Below are positions 1 to 9,007 of a DNA stretch of 64,000 nt, one piece after another (position 1 is the stretch's first letter; each line of letters opens with the position of its first letter). A program made the position numbers and the translations under genes. This DNA comes from a virus: the IMG/VR virus record IMGVR_UViG_3300022934_000003; one strand, 5' to 3'. Under the pieces are notes generated by a model. That model was not told the DNA's origin, did no database searches, and saw only the letters and a list, made by a program, of their open reading frames with translations.

Positions 1-142
1 CTTTTAGACCTTTCATAGTTTTACCAGAAACACCTGGAATAGAAAGAGCTTGTCTAAAAGTAACTACTGAATCAACACCTGTAGCAGAAAGAATGGCAGC
101 ATTGTGACCCGTATATTCATAACCAGTTACATAATTTTTCAT
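1..142 (-). CDS. 5' part of an early gene running off the window; N-terminus resembles the ArdC-like/DUF1738 ssDNA-binding domain
   Basis: Manual translation MKNYVTGYEYTGHNAAILSATGVDSVVTFRQALSIPGVSGKTMKGLK (N..TG..Y.G.N...L ... TF.QA pattern); AGGAG RBS and consensus promoter upstream. Confidence 0.55.
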   Translation of the reverse strand, partial: MKNYVTGYEYTGHNAAILSATGVDSVVTFRQALSIPGVSGKTMKGLK

Positions 143-176
143 TTTTTCTCCTTGCTTTATTATTTAATATAGTTAT

Positions 177-205
177 ATTATACACTAGTTTCAAGAAGAT
201 GTCAA
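177..205 (-). promoter_or_regulatory. sigma70-type early promoter TTGACA-N17-TATAAT
   Basis: tgtcaa at 200-205, attata at 177-182, 17-bp spacer; phased A/T tracts upstream. Confidence 0.9.
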
Positions 206-243
206 CCTTTTTGTGAAAAAAATGCGCAGAAAAAATCCATAAA

Positions 244-256
244 AATCAATGGCTTA
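244..256 (+). promoter_or_regulatory. IHF-consensus site upstream of the early promoter
   Basis: AATCAATGGCTTA matches WATCAANNNNTTR, with an adjacent A-tract. Confidence 0.45.
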
Positions 257-288
257 GAAAAAATGTGAATTTTTTTTCAAAAAAGTGA

Positions 289-471
289 TTATTTTTTGCG
301 TTTTTGGGGAGGAAATTCGTCATTCCAGCGCTCTGAAAACTTTTTTCGTTGGTTTTTTCTGCGCTTTTCAATTCGTTTTTCTTTGTTGCGATGGGACTTA
401 TCAAACTCTCTTTTATCGCCCCACTCATCCTGATCATAACTATCGCGGAAATTTTTAAAGCCTTTGGCCAT
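289..471 (-). CDS. small basic hypothetical protein
   Basis: ORF, 60 aa, directly after 481..909. Confidence 0.6.
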   Translation of the reverse strand: MAKGFKNFRDSYDQDEWGDKREFDKSHRNKEKRIEKRRKNQRKKFSERWNDEFPPQKRKK

Positions 472-480
472 GTTTATTAC

Positions 481-909
481 CTATGCTGCAATTAATTCTG
501 GAAATGCCTCTTCAATTACCTTTTTAGATAATCCTTTAAGAGGTTTTTGTGCTATCATTTTACATAATAATTCTGCATCATCATTATCTACATCTTCTAA
601 TAAACTAATAAACAACTGCTCACGTTTTACTTGATCTAAATTGTCATAACCACCACCTTTCACAAAAATCTTTAATCGACGAGCTTCGCCATATAGCATT
701 GATTTTGCTTCATCTTCATATTGATTTTTCTTCCACGGGGGAGGAGTATCTGGGATTAAAAAATTAATTGTTTTAGTATCATAAGTAAATTTAAGTACCA
801 TTCGTAAAGCAGGATTATCCCATTTATGTAATACTGCTATTTTTTCTTTTGTTGTTTTTGCTTCACTTGCCCATTGGACAATCTCTGCAATTGATGCTCT
901 TACTGCCAT
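481..909 (-). CDS. conserved T4-like hypothetical protein found next to rnh
   Basis: KREQLFISLLE...AELL...EEAFPEL motifs; gene position. Confidence 0.7.
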   Translation of the reverse strand: MAVRASIAEIVQWASEAKTTKEKIAVLHKWDNPALRMVLKFTYDTKTINFLIPDTPPPWKKNQYEDEAKSMLYGEARRLKIFVKGGGYDNLDQVKREQLFISLLEDVDNDDAELLCKMIAQKPLKGLSKKVIEEAFPELIAA

Positions 910-910
910 A

Positions 911-1771
911 TTAAAAATCCTGTAAATCGGTTACTAAATGTTTAAGTTTCTTTTTAATAAAGAAATTAAATAAATGTTCCCTACCAATTCCTTTATCTTT
1001 ATTATATTCTTGTTTAATTATATTTGTATATTTATCTGGTATTTCTTTTAGATCAATCATCATTTTATTACGATGATAACGACGAAGAGTTTCTTCATCC
1101 ATATTACTTGGTCCTTCATTTAGAGCAAGTAATCGCTTTTGTGTCATAGGCTTTTGGCGTTCACCAATAGCAAGACAGTTATCAGGAGAAAGAACATTAG
1201 GAACACCGTCACCTGTATCACCTTTTAAAATATGTTCTTTTAGATATTGATCTGGATTATCATTACGAATCCAACGTTTACGAATTGGATCATATTGATC
1301 TACATTAGCATAACTTTGTAATTGGATATAATCCTTATCACCAGAAAGTATTAAGAATTTTTCAGCACCAATATTAAGATCAGTGCCTTCTTGATGGATA
1401 ATTGTACCAATAATATCGTCGGCTTCACAATGATCTATATGAATAACTTTATAAGGAAAGAACTCTTTAAGCTCATCTCTAATTGTATTCATTACATCAA
1501 ATAATGCAGACCAATCCATTTCGGATTCATCTCTATTTTTACGACGATTTGCTTTATAATATGGATATACTTCTTTACGCCAAGAATCTTTGCCGTCAGC
1601 ACAAATGATAATCTCGCCATATTCTTCATGAAACTTTTTACGATTAAAACGTAAAGAATTTAGAAACATATGACGAATAATATTTTCATCAGGAGCGATA
1701 TCATAATGATTTCCAATGCTTGCAAATAGCGAAGCAAGGATTACCTGATTATAATCTACTAGTATTGCCAT
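911..1771 (-). CDS. rnh: T4-type RNase H (5'-3' exonuclease)
   Basis: WRKEVYPYYKANR, EADDIIG, LSGDKDYIQL, GDTGDGVPN motifs. Confidence 0.95.
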   Translation of the reverse strand: MAILVDYNQVILASLFASIGNHYDIAPDENIIRHMFLNSLRFNRKKFHEEYGEIIICADGKDSWRKEVYPYYKANRRKNRDESEMDWSALFDVMNTIRDELKEFFPYKVIHIDHCEADDIIGTIIHQEGTDLNIGAEKFLILSGDKDYIQLQSYANVDQYDPIRKRWIRNDNPDQYLKEHILKGDTGDGVPNVLSPDNCLAIGERQKPMTQKRLLALNEGPSNMDEETLRRYHRNKMMIDLKEIPDKYTNIIKQEYNKDKGIGREHLFNFFIKKKLKHLVTDLQDF

Positions 1772-1803
1772 GATATATTCTCAATATTTTATTTTATAAT
1801 ACT

Positions 1804-1832
1804 ATTATATAATAGATTTAAGAAGATGTCAA
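1804..1832 (-). promoter_or_regulatory. sigma70-type promoter for rnh
   Basis: tgtcaa 1827-1832, attata 1804-1809, 17-bp spacer. Confidence 0.85.
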
Positions 1833-2795
1833 CCCTTTTTTATCAACTAACACTCTCAAAGTTTTATTCCATAAAGTTGTAAATGAACCAATATCATTAT
1901 TAACTAGACCAAATCTATCAGAAGTAGTAAAGCGATTAATGAAATTATTATCTTTTTTCTGCTCTTCTAAAATACCTTTAGCAATTGCATATGCAATATT
2001 AGCATGTTCTTGATTATCTTCTGTATGATCATACATGATAGTTGCATTACCGGCAGTTTCTGGTAATCCACCATAATTAGGATGAATACAAATTAATCCA
2101 CTACGAATTGCTTCAATTAATGCAATACAAGATGTTTCTTTCCAAATATTAGGATATAAGAAAATATGTGCATCATCTAATGCTTTTAATATTGTTTCAT
2201 TATTTTCAAATCCATGATAAGTCATATTTGGATGTTCTTCAATCTTTTTAAATAACTCTTGATATGGTACATCTCTATTTTCCCAACCATAAATTCCAAA
2301 AGAAGAATAAACATCTAGATGGATATTATCATATTCTTTTGTTAATGCATCAAAAACTGGAACTAACAATTCTAAACCACGATGTGGTGTCGTATGATAA
2401 ATGAAACGAATAGTATCAAATTTTCTATCATCAATTTTTGCTGAATACCTTTTTTCAATTGCATTAGGAATTACAGAACACTTGGAATATGGAATACCAA
2501 ATCTTAGAATATATTGATCTCTTTGCCATGCTGTTACAAAAACAAAATGATCGAATTTATTCCAACCACCATTAATCAAAACTTTATTCTCTGGATCTTC
2601 TGCTAAATCATGTGCGTATAATATATTAATAACATCTTCAGGAATTTCTCTTGGTCTAGAAAAATGGATTGCAAATGGTTTAAGTAATTCTTTGTCAACA
2701 CTATTAATTAGACGCTTACGCATCATCTCAGTGCCACCATTAGAATTTTTTGATAGTTCGGTTTCTACAACCTCACCTTTAAGAATACAACTCAT
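1818..2795 (-). CDS. GT-B glycosyltransferase (GT4-like)
   Basis: GGTE N-terminal motif, YHTTPHRGL, ETSCIALIEA (E-x7-E), GGLPET. Confidence 0.85.
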   Translation of the reverse strand: MSCILKGEVVETELSKNSNGGTEMMRKRLINSVDKELLKPFAIHFSRPREIPEDVINILYAHDLAEDPENKVLINGGWNKFDHFVFVTAWQRDQYILRFGIPYSKCSVIPNAIEKRYSAKIDDRKFDTIRFIYHTTPHRGLELLVPVFDALTKEYDNIHLDVYSSFGIYGWENRDVPYQELFKKIEEHPNMTYHGFENNETILKALDDAHIFLYPNIWKETSCIALIEAIRSGLICIHPNYGGLPETAGNATIMYDHTEDNQEHANIAYAIAKGILEEQKKDNNFINRFTTSDRFGLVNNDIGSFTTLWNKTLRVLVDKKGLTSS

Positions 2796-2797
2796 AA

Positions 2798-3064
2798 TTA
2801 CTCCGAAATACTAAAAATAGAATCCCATCTAAAAGCTCTCCAACCATTATTATCTACATCCCACACTGATAGAGCTGTGTTTGGTTTTTCTTTTTCTACT
2901 GATTCTGCACCTTGCATAGTTTCAGCATTTTCTGGTAAAACGCTTTCTTGTAAAGTACAAGTCATTACACGTCTTTCACCATTAACTTTTTGGAAATCAA
3001 TTTCTACATTGCCAGATCTAAGTCTTGCAATTACATCATCACGATCAATATTTTCTAAAAACAT
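2798..3064 (-). CDS. SH3/Sm-like (WYL_2/DUF2693-like) phage protein
   Basis: FQKVNGERRVMTCTL...WDVDNNGWRAFRWD. Confidence 0.7.
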   Translation of the reverse strand: MFLENIDRDDVIARLRSGNVEIDFQKVNGERRVMTCTLQESVLPENAETMQGAESVEKEKPNTALSVWDVDNNGWRAFRWDSIFSISE

Positions 3065-3067
3065 TGT

Positions 3068-3682
3068 TTATTTCTCCTTATTAAGAATAATATCTATGGT
3101 CTCATAGAAGTTTTCAATTGTAGAATTGTTATGCACTCTATACATTCTTACATCAAACTTTTCTGGTAATACATGCTCTTCATTAATATCAGTTCTTTTA
3201 TTAAGAACATATTCAGTTACCATATGATTACCTTGGAAGTAGCGTCTTGAATCTGTTGAAAAGTCGCACCCTTCACGAGTAAGTTGTACAAGTACAAAAT
3301 TTTCTGCACCACATTTCTCTAAAACTGGTACTAACTCTTCGATGAAACCACCATCAGAAATAACATAGTCTTTTTCTGGGTCGATTTCTTCTGCAACCAG
3401 TTTACCAAAATAATCTAATCCTTTTTCTGGTTTGATTAGATTTTCAGATACGTGTATCATCGCTTCACGGCGAGATAGATTATCCAATTTCGATGATTTA
3501 AATTCTTTTTTCTCACGGTTATTATAACCTTCCATAAACCATTCTTGGTCTACTCCATAATGATTAATTGTTTCATTAAAAAGTTGATATTTGAATGAAA
3601 GATGTTTAAATCCGTGCTCTTTAAAATAATCTGCAGCAACATCCTTTCCTGATCCTGGTGGACCATTAAATAAAATTATCAT
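3068..3682 (-). CDS. deoxynucleoside monophosphate kinase (gp1-like)
   Basis: GPPGSGKD P-loop, SRREAMIHVSE, ISDGGF. Confidence 0.75.
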   Translation of the reverse strand: MIILFNGPPGSGKDVAADYFKEHGFKHLSFKYQLFNETINHYGVDQEWFMEGYNNREKKEFKSSKLDNLSRREAMIHVSENLIKPEKGLDYFGKLVAEEIDPEKDYVISDGGFIEELVPVLEKCGAENFVLVQLTREGCDFSTDSRRYFQGNHMVTEYVLNKRTDINEEHVLPEKFDVRMYRVHNNSTIENFYETIDIILNKEK

Positions 3683-4104
3683 GCTTTTGCTCCGTTTTTT
3701 AAGCTTTGTACGTGTGATCTATGAATCTTAACTTGGATAATTCCATTATAATAATCATCATTTAATAACACTTCACGTTCCATTTGTTCTTTTAATTCTA
3801 AGTAAGACATTTCACCTTTTGATTTACATAGATGTAATATTTCTCTTTGAAAATTATTAGTTCCTAATTCCTCAACTAAACTTTTTACTTCATCAGAAGA
3901 TCCATAATATGTTTGCCAATCTGACTCTACTATCTTAGTTCTTCTGCGCTTTTTTCCTTTAAGAGGTTTAAGTTTTCTTTTAGATATTAAAGTCTTTTTA
4001 CCAACATACTTTTTATTATTTGAAAGATCAGTAATTACATAAACAAATCCGACATAATCACCAATCATTTCAGAGGTAAATTCCTCACCATTATATAACC
4101 ACAT
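3679..4104 (-). CDS. GIY-YIG nuclease (endonuclease II/denA-like)
   Basis: GFVYVIT...KKYVGKK, YYGSS, single 141-aa domain. Confidence 0.75.
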   Translation of the reverse strand: MWLYNGEEFTSEMIGDYVGFVYVITDLSNNKKYVGKKTLISKRKLKPLKGKKRRRTKIVESDWQTYYGSSDEVKSLVEELGTNNFQREILHLCKSKGEMSYLELKEQMEREVLLNDDYYNGIIQVKIHRSHVQSLKNGAKA

Positions 4105-4133
4105 AATAAGTCCATAATTATTCCTGTATGAAC

Positions 4134-4141
4134 TATTTATA
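4134..4141 (-). promoter_or_regulatory. T4 late promoter TATAAATA
   Basis: tatttata on + strand, intergenic. Confidence 0.7.
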
Positions 4142-4143
4142 AA

Positions 4144-4461
4144 CTATCTTCGCATATGTGCTAGATCTTCAGCTTGTGATGTACCTTTCATAACTGGAAC
4201 AGCATTTGATTTATGCATCGTGGCAATTCCTACAATAAGATCTCCAGTATATTTTTTTGGCTCTGCACGAGCAGCAAAACCATTACCAGAATCTAAACTA
4301 GGAATATGACGAGTCTCTCTTACTTGTGGATTCCATTTAAGTGGTTTAAATTCTTTTTTATAATTTTTATTAGGCTCAAACATTTTTTCATAATCACGTT
4401 TGAGTTTAGCATTCATTTGTTTTTCTTTATTAAGTCTTTTTTTCCAAGCTGGTGTGCTCAT
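4144..4461 (-). CDS. conserved phage hypothetical protein
   Basis: YTGDLIVGIATMHKSNAVPV...AHMRR motif typical of T4-like phages. Confidence 0.7.
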   Translation of the reverse strand: MSTPAWKKRLNKEKQMNAKLKRDYEKMFEPNKNYKKEFKPLKWNPQVRETRHIPSLDSGNGFAARAEPKKYTGDLIVGIATMHKSNAVPVMKGTSQAEDLAHMRR

Positions 4462-4464
4462 ATT

Positions 4465-5034
4465 TTAATCCCACAAATTTTGAAAATATTTTCCAAATAA
4501 TCTAAAACCATTATCTATTTTATTATTATACTCTAAAAATCCTTGTTTGTCAAATTTTGATGGTTCATTTGCAGGTAACCATTCATATGAATTGTACTCT
4601 TCCATTTTACCATCTTCATCTGGGAATAAAAGTAATTGTGCAGGACCAACTCCTTTCCATTGTATTTCGTGAAATGCTGTAGCCATTTCATTATCATCAT
4701 AATTAAAAAATGCTTCGTCAGCAGTTTCATTTAATTTATTTTCAAATGAAAAAATCATTTGATCCATTACATAATCCCAACGTTTAAAATAGTTTTCGTC
4801 AGTTTCACCTTTCTCTTTAAAGCGTAATTCTTCACCAATAGTTGGTCTAAGTTCAGACGGAACATCTTCTTTATCAACGTTAGGTGCTCCATGTTTTGTT
4901 TCTTTTAATTGCTTGAGCATTGGTAAGATAATATGAGAAAGAGTATCATCCATGCTCCAAGTATCAAACTCATCGATATGAACATCTATTACTCGATCAC
5001 CTTCATCTACAAATGGACCAATATTAACTTTCAT
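4465..5034 (-). CDS. conserved phage hypothetical protein (start revised to ATG at 5034)
   Basis: DTWSMDDTLSHIILPML, NGFRLFGKYFQNLWD. Confidence 0.7.
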   Translation of the reverse strand: MKVNIGPFVDEGDRVIDVHIDEFDTWSMDDTLSHIILPMLKQLKETKHGAPNVDKEDVPSELRPTIGEELRFKEKGETDENYFKRWDYVMDQMIFSFENKLNETADEAFFNYDDNEMATAFHEIQWKGVGPAQLLLFPDEDGKMEEYNSYEWLPANEPSKFDKQGFLEYNNKIDNGFRLFGKYFQNLWD

Positions 5035-5146
5035 CTCTCTTCCTTTCAAGGTAAAGGTTGTACATTTTTACATAAAATGCAAACTGCAACGGGTAGTGCT
5101 CAGGATCTGGCACTACGCCGTCATAGTATTCTAAAAACTCTCGCAT
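5024..5146 (-). CDS. 40-aa small protein missing from ORF track
   Basis: Manual translation MREFLEYYDGVVPDPEHYPLQFAFYVKMYNLYLERKRDES; fills gap and overlaps next start. Confidence 0.6.
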   Translation of the reverse strand: MREFLEYYDGVVPDPEHYPLQFAFYVKMYNLYLERKRDES

Positions 5147-5181
5147 TTTCTTTTCGAGATTTTGCTGATGGTTAAACCACA

Positions 5182-5385
5182 CTATACTTTATTAATCTTA
5201 CTTAAAAATCCAGTAGACCAATCAATAACATTTCCGTCAGGATCACCTGCTTCTAGCGCGTCTAAGTCCGGGCGTTTCTTTCCTTTTAACCAGCGTTTCT
5301 TGTTTTTATGATTACCTTCTTCTGTACCAACTCCGGCAATATAATGTCCACCTTTGTGACCTTCTACTTTTCCTTTAATTGGCAT
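5182..5385 (-). CDS. hypothetical protein
   Basis: ORF; start overlaps upstream stop (TGATG). Confidence 0.6.
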   Translation of the reverse strand: MPIKGKVEGHKGGHYIAGVGTEEGNHKNKKRWLKGKKRPDLDALEAGDPDGNVIDWSTGFLSKINKV

Positions 5386-5510
5386 CAGAAAATTCCTACA
5401 ATAATAATTGCGGCGATAAAAAAGATTGCTGCTCTTATAGTTCCTTCTTTTGCTCTGTTAAAGGCAACATGCCCATAACCTTTTTCTGATGTAAATGTAT
5501 CAAATTTCAT
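5385..5510 (-). CDS. 41-aa small membrane protein missing from ORF track
   Basis: MKFDTFTSEKGYGHVAFNRAKEGTIRAAIFFIAAIIIVGIF; GGAG RBS. Confidence 0.6.
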   Translation of the reverse strand: MKFDTFTSEKGYGHVAFNRAKEGTIRAAIFFIAAIIIVGIF

Positions 5511-5519
5511 ATTATACTC

Positions 5520-5717
5520 CTATGCTACTTCGAAAGGTTCACTTACTAAATCTTCTGATGCAATTTTTGCATCGACAAATTTTTGCAATTCAGCGATTCG
5601 ATTATTTAATACTTCTACAATCTTATCTCGTGTTGCATCGTGACCGATCTTTTCATTAGTCATTTCAATACAGTGTTTAACTGCTTCTAACTCTTCTAGT
5701 AAAATTTCTTTACTCAT
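5520..5717 (-). CDS. hypothetical protein
   Basis: ORF with GAGGAG RBS downstream of a promoter. Confidence 0.65.
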   Translation of the reverse strand: MSKEILLEELEAVKHCIEMTNEKIGHDATRDKIVEVLNNRIAELQKFVDAKIASEDLVSEPFEVA

Positions 5718-5753
5718 AATATAAACTCCTCATTATTTAGTTATTCATTTATA

Positions 5754-5782
5754 ATTATAAACCAGTTTTAAGGAAATGTCAA
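5754..5782 (-). promoter_or_regulatory. sigma70-type promoter
   Basis: tgtcaa 5777-5782, attata 5754-5759, 17-bp spacer. Confidence 0.85.
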
Positions 5783-5789
5783 CTGTTTT

Positions 5790-5924
5790 TTATCCTTGAC
5801 CTCTATATTTCTTCCAAGAAAGCTTTTGGCCTTTATTAGAGGGCCTGGAAAAATTGCTTTTTCCAATAGATGTTTTCTTTTTAATTCTGTGTGCTTTCAG
5901 AGTTGTTGATGTTGTTTTAGCCAT
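5790..5924 (-). CDS. 44-aa basic protein ending YRGQG, missing from ORF track
   Basis: MAKTTSTTLKAHRIKKKTSIGKSNFSRPSNKGQKLSWKKYRGQG; GGAGG RBS. Confidence 0.7.
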   Translation of the reverse strand: MAKTTSTTLKAHRIKKKTSIGKSNFSRPSNKGQKLSWKKYRGQG

Positions 5925-6114
5925 TACTTACCTCCACTAATCTTTCTACTTTTGTAGTATCATGATAATCATTATCAATTACTTTATGATCTCTAGTTAC
6001 TGTTGACTTTTCAAGATAGCCATCAATAACTCTATAAGTTGTATATACTTCTTTTAAAATACCCAACTCTTCTGCTTCAATTTTATCTTTAAATGGTCCG
6101 TCACTCTTCTTCAT
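5917..6114 (-). CDS. hypothetical protein
   Basis: ORF in overlapping gene chain. Confidence 0.6.
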   Translation of the reverse strand: MKKSDGPFKDKIEAEELGILKEVYTTYRVIDGYLEKSTVTRDHKVIDNDYHDTTKVERLVEVSNG

Positions 6115-6349
6115 CTTGTGCTTCCTCCCACTCTGTTACTAATTCAAGCATCATCAATCCTAAAGTTTCATTATACCCATATAATAATTCGCCTTCGGCT
6201 TTTACTTCTTCAATCTCATCTTTAGTAAGATCTAAATGGCTTTTATTAAAATGATTATAGACTTGTTCCATTGCCCACTGCATGGCTATTTCTTCAAATT
6301 GATCTAAAATTTTACTTTCGCCATACGCAGTAAATTTTTCTTTAATCAT
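6101..6349 (-). CDS. acidic hypothetical protein
   Basis: ORF in overlapping gene chain. Confidence 0.6.
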   Translation of the reverse strand: MIKEKFTAYGESKILDQFEEIAMQWAMEQVYNHFNKSHLDLTKDEIEEVKAEGELLYGYNETLGLMMLELVTEWEEAQDEEE

Positions 6350-6684
6350 TTATGACCTCGTCTTCCATCAAATACACAAACAAAATAGCAACCCTGTTCT
6401 CCAGCATGAACTTTATGGAACACACCATCTTCAATTAAAACAGTATCACCTTTTTTAACAAAAATAGTTTTATCATCTAGTTCCATTGTTCCGGAACCTT
6501 CGATAAACATATAGACTTCTTCTTGTCCTTCATGCTTATGTCCGGATGTGCTTTTATTTGGATATAGATCGGTAGAACTCAATACAAGATTTTTAAGAAT
6601 AGTATTATCTCTTACAGTATAACGATCATCTTGTTTGGCTATCTCTCCTCCAATATGCCATCTCATATTATGAATTTTACTCAT
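6346..6684 (-). CDS. cupin-domain protein
   Basis: GHKHEGQEEVYMFIEGSG ... GDTVLIEDGVFH. Confidence 0.85.
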   Translation of the reverse strand: MSKIHNMRWHIGGEIAKQDDRYTVRDNTILKNLVLSSTDLYPNKSTSGHKHEGQEEVYMFIEGSGTMELDDKTIFVKKGDTVLIEDGVFHKVHAGEQGCYFVCVFDGRRGHK

Positions 6685-6685
6685 G

Positions 6686-7207
6686 TTATCCCTCTAAATA
6701 AGCCATCACTGTTTCAGGAGAAGTTTCACCATAAGGATCTTCATTCTCTTTAGTTGACGGCGGTTCAACAAACATTTTCTCGACTTCGTTGTCGTTAATT
6801 ACAACAGCAAAACGACGAGAACGCTTACCAAATCCTACAACACTCATATCGATAAGCATACCTAAAGCATCAGCAAATTCACCATTACCATCAGGAATTA
6901 CTTTAACATTTTTAACTCCAAGATAATCTGCCCATGCATTCATTACGAAGCTATCATTAACAGAGCTTACGTAAATTTCTTCAATACCCATTTCTTTAAT
7001 CTTTTCATAGTTTTCTTCAAAACCAGGAAGTTGATAAGTTGAACATGTTGGTGTATACGCGCCAGGTAATGAGAATACTAATACTCTCCTACCACCAAAC
7101 ATATTAGTTGATTTTACTGGAACCCACTCACCGCCGATTGGGCATCCACCATCCATAGGCTGTTCATCTCCTACTCTATACATAAATGTAATTTCTGGAA
7201 CATTCAT
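6686..7207 (-). CDS. peroxiredoxin (Prx5/redoxin family); likely start MNVPE at 7207
   Basis: LPGAYTPTCS, SVNDSFVMNAW, PDGNGEF. Confidence 0.92.
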   Translation of the reverse strand: MNVPEITFMYRVGDEQPMDGGCPIGGEWVPVKSTNMFGGRRVLVFSLPGAYTPTCSTYQLPGFEENYEKIKEMGIEEIYVSSVNDSFVMNAWADYLGVKNVKVIPDGNGEFADALGMLIDMSVVGFGKRSRRFAVVINDNEVEKMFVEPPSTKENEDPYGETSPETVMAYLEG

Positions 7208-7911
7208 TATAACATCTCCTTTAACTTTTTCCAAGTATCTTTCCAATCAATAACTTGTAACGCTTTGCCTTTTTGATTATTTACGAGAGCTTCACCTAAA
7301 GGCAAATCATTTCCACCCTCTTCCATTTTATCTCCAAAGAAAATAATAGTATCTTCGTCAGAAAAATCTTTTAATATTTGACTTTTATCTGCTCCTTTTG
7401 GAGCAATATCTAATCCAGTTTCACCACCAACTTTTGCTTCTAAATGAGGAAACTCTTGATTAAATTTGTATGCAATTTGTTCTCTTTCTTTTGTTGCAGT
7501 ATCCCACATAACGTATTTATGACGCTCGCTTGGATCTGCATTACGACCTACTATAGAAAAATTTAACATGCCTGGTCTATGTTCAAAGTGGTTACCAGTT
7601 CTTAATGGAAACTTACTATCATTTAATTGTTTGGCTAACCATTGATGTTCATCATCTTCTAATATCCAAGTATTATATTCAATATTAGTATCACCTTCCC
7701 ACGTATCATTTCCATTACAATTATAAACACGCTTACATAAGTTATACGTGTCTTCACTAATTTGTTCTACAGTTTTTGATTTATCAGAACCTGTAACAAG
7801 ATAAACATCATTCTTTGAAGCAAATTTATCAAACCAAGATTTAAATTTTTTATTAATAACTCCTCTACTTGGTGTTAAAGTACCATCTACATCAAATATA
7901 AATTTATTCAT
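7207..7911 (-). CDS. HAD-IIB phosphomannomutase (eukaryote-type PMM family)
   Basis: FDVDGTLT, VTGSD, NFSIVGRNA, GGETGLDI, FFGDKMEEGGND. Confidence 0.85.
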   Translation of the reverse strand: MNKFIFDVDGTLTPSRGVINKKFKSWFDKFASKNDVYLVTGSDKSKTVEQISEDTYNLCKRVYNCNGNDTWEGDTNIEYNTWILEDDEHQWLAKQLNDSKFPLRTGNHFEHRPGMLNFSIVGRNADPSERHKYVMWDTATKEREQIAYKFNQEFPHLEAKVGGETGLDIAPKGADKSQILKDFSDEDTIIFFGDKMEEGGNDLPLGEALVNNQKGKALQVIDWKDTWKKLKEML

Positions 7912-8221
7912 ATTTTATTCTATCTCTCATTTCTGTTTCACCTGAAACTGTTGCAGGTTTTGGACAACGATCAAAACATTGCCATAAGTTTTTATTATTA
8001 TTTTTTATCATATTATAAAAATTATTCCATAATTCAGATTTTTCTATATCTTCTATATTTTCAAAATTATCAATATGCATTTCTTTTTTAAAAAATTCTT
8101 TAAATATTTTATCTTTTCTGCATTTATAATTATCAACCCAGCAGCAAGGAACTATAAATCCATCTGCCGTTAAACTTTTTCTTATCATTCCTGATAAACA
8201 TTTAGGATATATTTTTTGCAT
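7904..8221 (-). CDS. stand-alone SPASM/Twitch-like Fe-S domain protein
   Basis: PKC...ADGFIVPCCW...QCFDRC; probable start MQKIY at 8221. Confidence 0.65.
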   Translation of the reverse strand: MQKIYPKCLSGMIRKSLTADGFIVPCCWVDNYKCRKDKIFKEFFKKEMHIDNFENIEDIEKSELWNNFYNMIKNNNKNLWQCFDRCPKPATVSGETEMRDRIKYE

Positions 8222-8804
8222 ATATTTTATTCTTTGGCAAATACGGATCATATACATCAAATCTCGAAGAAATATTTAATTCGAATATTATATTATTTTC
8301 TTTTGCCATTTGCTTTGCTTCTTCTATATTATCTTCGTTATAACTAAAAACTATATATTGCCATACTGGTTTTTGTTTTAAATATTTAGACGCTTCGCAC
8401 ATAATCTCCCACATCTTAAATCCATTTTGATTTCTACGATATAAATGACTTTGCTCAGGTAAACCGTCTAATCCAAAAGTCCATTTTGTTTCAGGATTTA
8501 TTTTAAAACAATTCTTATACCATTCTAAATCTCTATAATCTGATGCAGTATAAACATCTGATTTAATATTTCTTTCGTATAATATTTTTAAAAATTCTGG
8601 TAAATTTGGATTTAAAACTGGATCAGATCTTTGACCACAAAATCCAACCATATCGTTATAATAACTAATTACTTTTTTAAATTGTTCTATAGTTAAATTT
8701 CCTCCAGGAATTTTTTCTTTGTTTTTGAAATAAGCTTGTCTTTCACATTTGTGGCATTTAATATTACATAGATTACTTGCATCTATCATAATTTCTTTAT
8801 TCAT
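8202..8804 (-). CDS. radical SAM protein
   Basis: CNIKCHKC (CxxxCxxC), FGLDG, WQYIVFSYNE. Confidence 0.85.
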   Translation of the reverse strand: MNKEIMIDASNLCNIKCHKCERQAYFKNKEKIPGGNLTIEQFKKVISYYNDMVGFCGQRSDPVLNPNLPEFLKILYERNIKSDVYTASDYRDLEWYKNCFKINPETKWTFGLDGLPEQSHLYRRNQNGFKMWEIMCEASKYLKQKPVWQYIVFSYNEDNIEEAKQMAKENNIIFELNISSRFDVYDPYLPKNKIYAKNIS

Positions 8805-9006
8805 CTGTTTTTAAGCACGCAACTCTTTCATTATAGATATTTAGCTTTTTTTCTCCTAAGTATTGTTCTTTATAACTTTCACAAGAATACCTGTTTTCAA
8901 AATTTTGAATTTGGGTATATCTCACGTCTTCGAGGGTTCCCATATTTGAGGCTTCTGCAAAATTACTGTTTGCTATATTCGTAATTAAAAATAATGACCA
9001 AAACAT
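8797..9006 (-). CDS. small hypothetical protein, possibly exported
   Basis: ORF with AGGAG RBS, hydrophobic N-terminus, two Cys. Confidence 0.55.
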   Translation of the reverse strand: MFWSLFLITNIANSNFAEASNMGTLEDVRYTQIQNFENRYSCESYKEQYLGEKKLNIYNERVACLKTDE

Positions 9007-9007
9007 A

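Noticed and set aside
246-437. 63-aa alternative-frame ORF
   Set aside because: Overlaps 289..471 and runs into the A/T-tract promoter region
3679-4104. Mobile homing endonuclease
   Set aside because: Single short GIY-YIG domain with no DNA-binding tail or intron context
5050-5180. GC-richer gap considered as tRNA/ncRNA
   Set aside because: No cloverleaf or T-loop motif; explained by the 40-aa ORF 5024..5146
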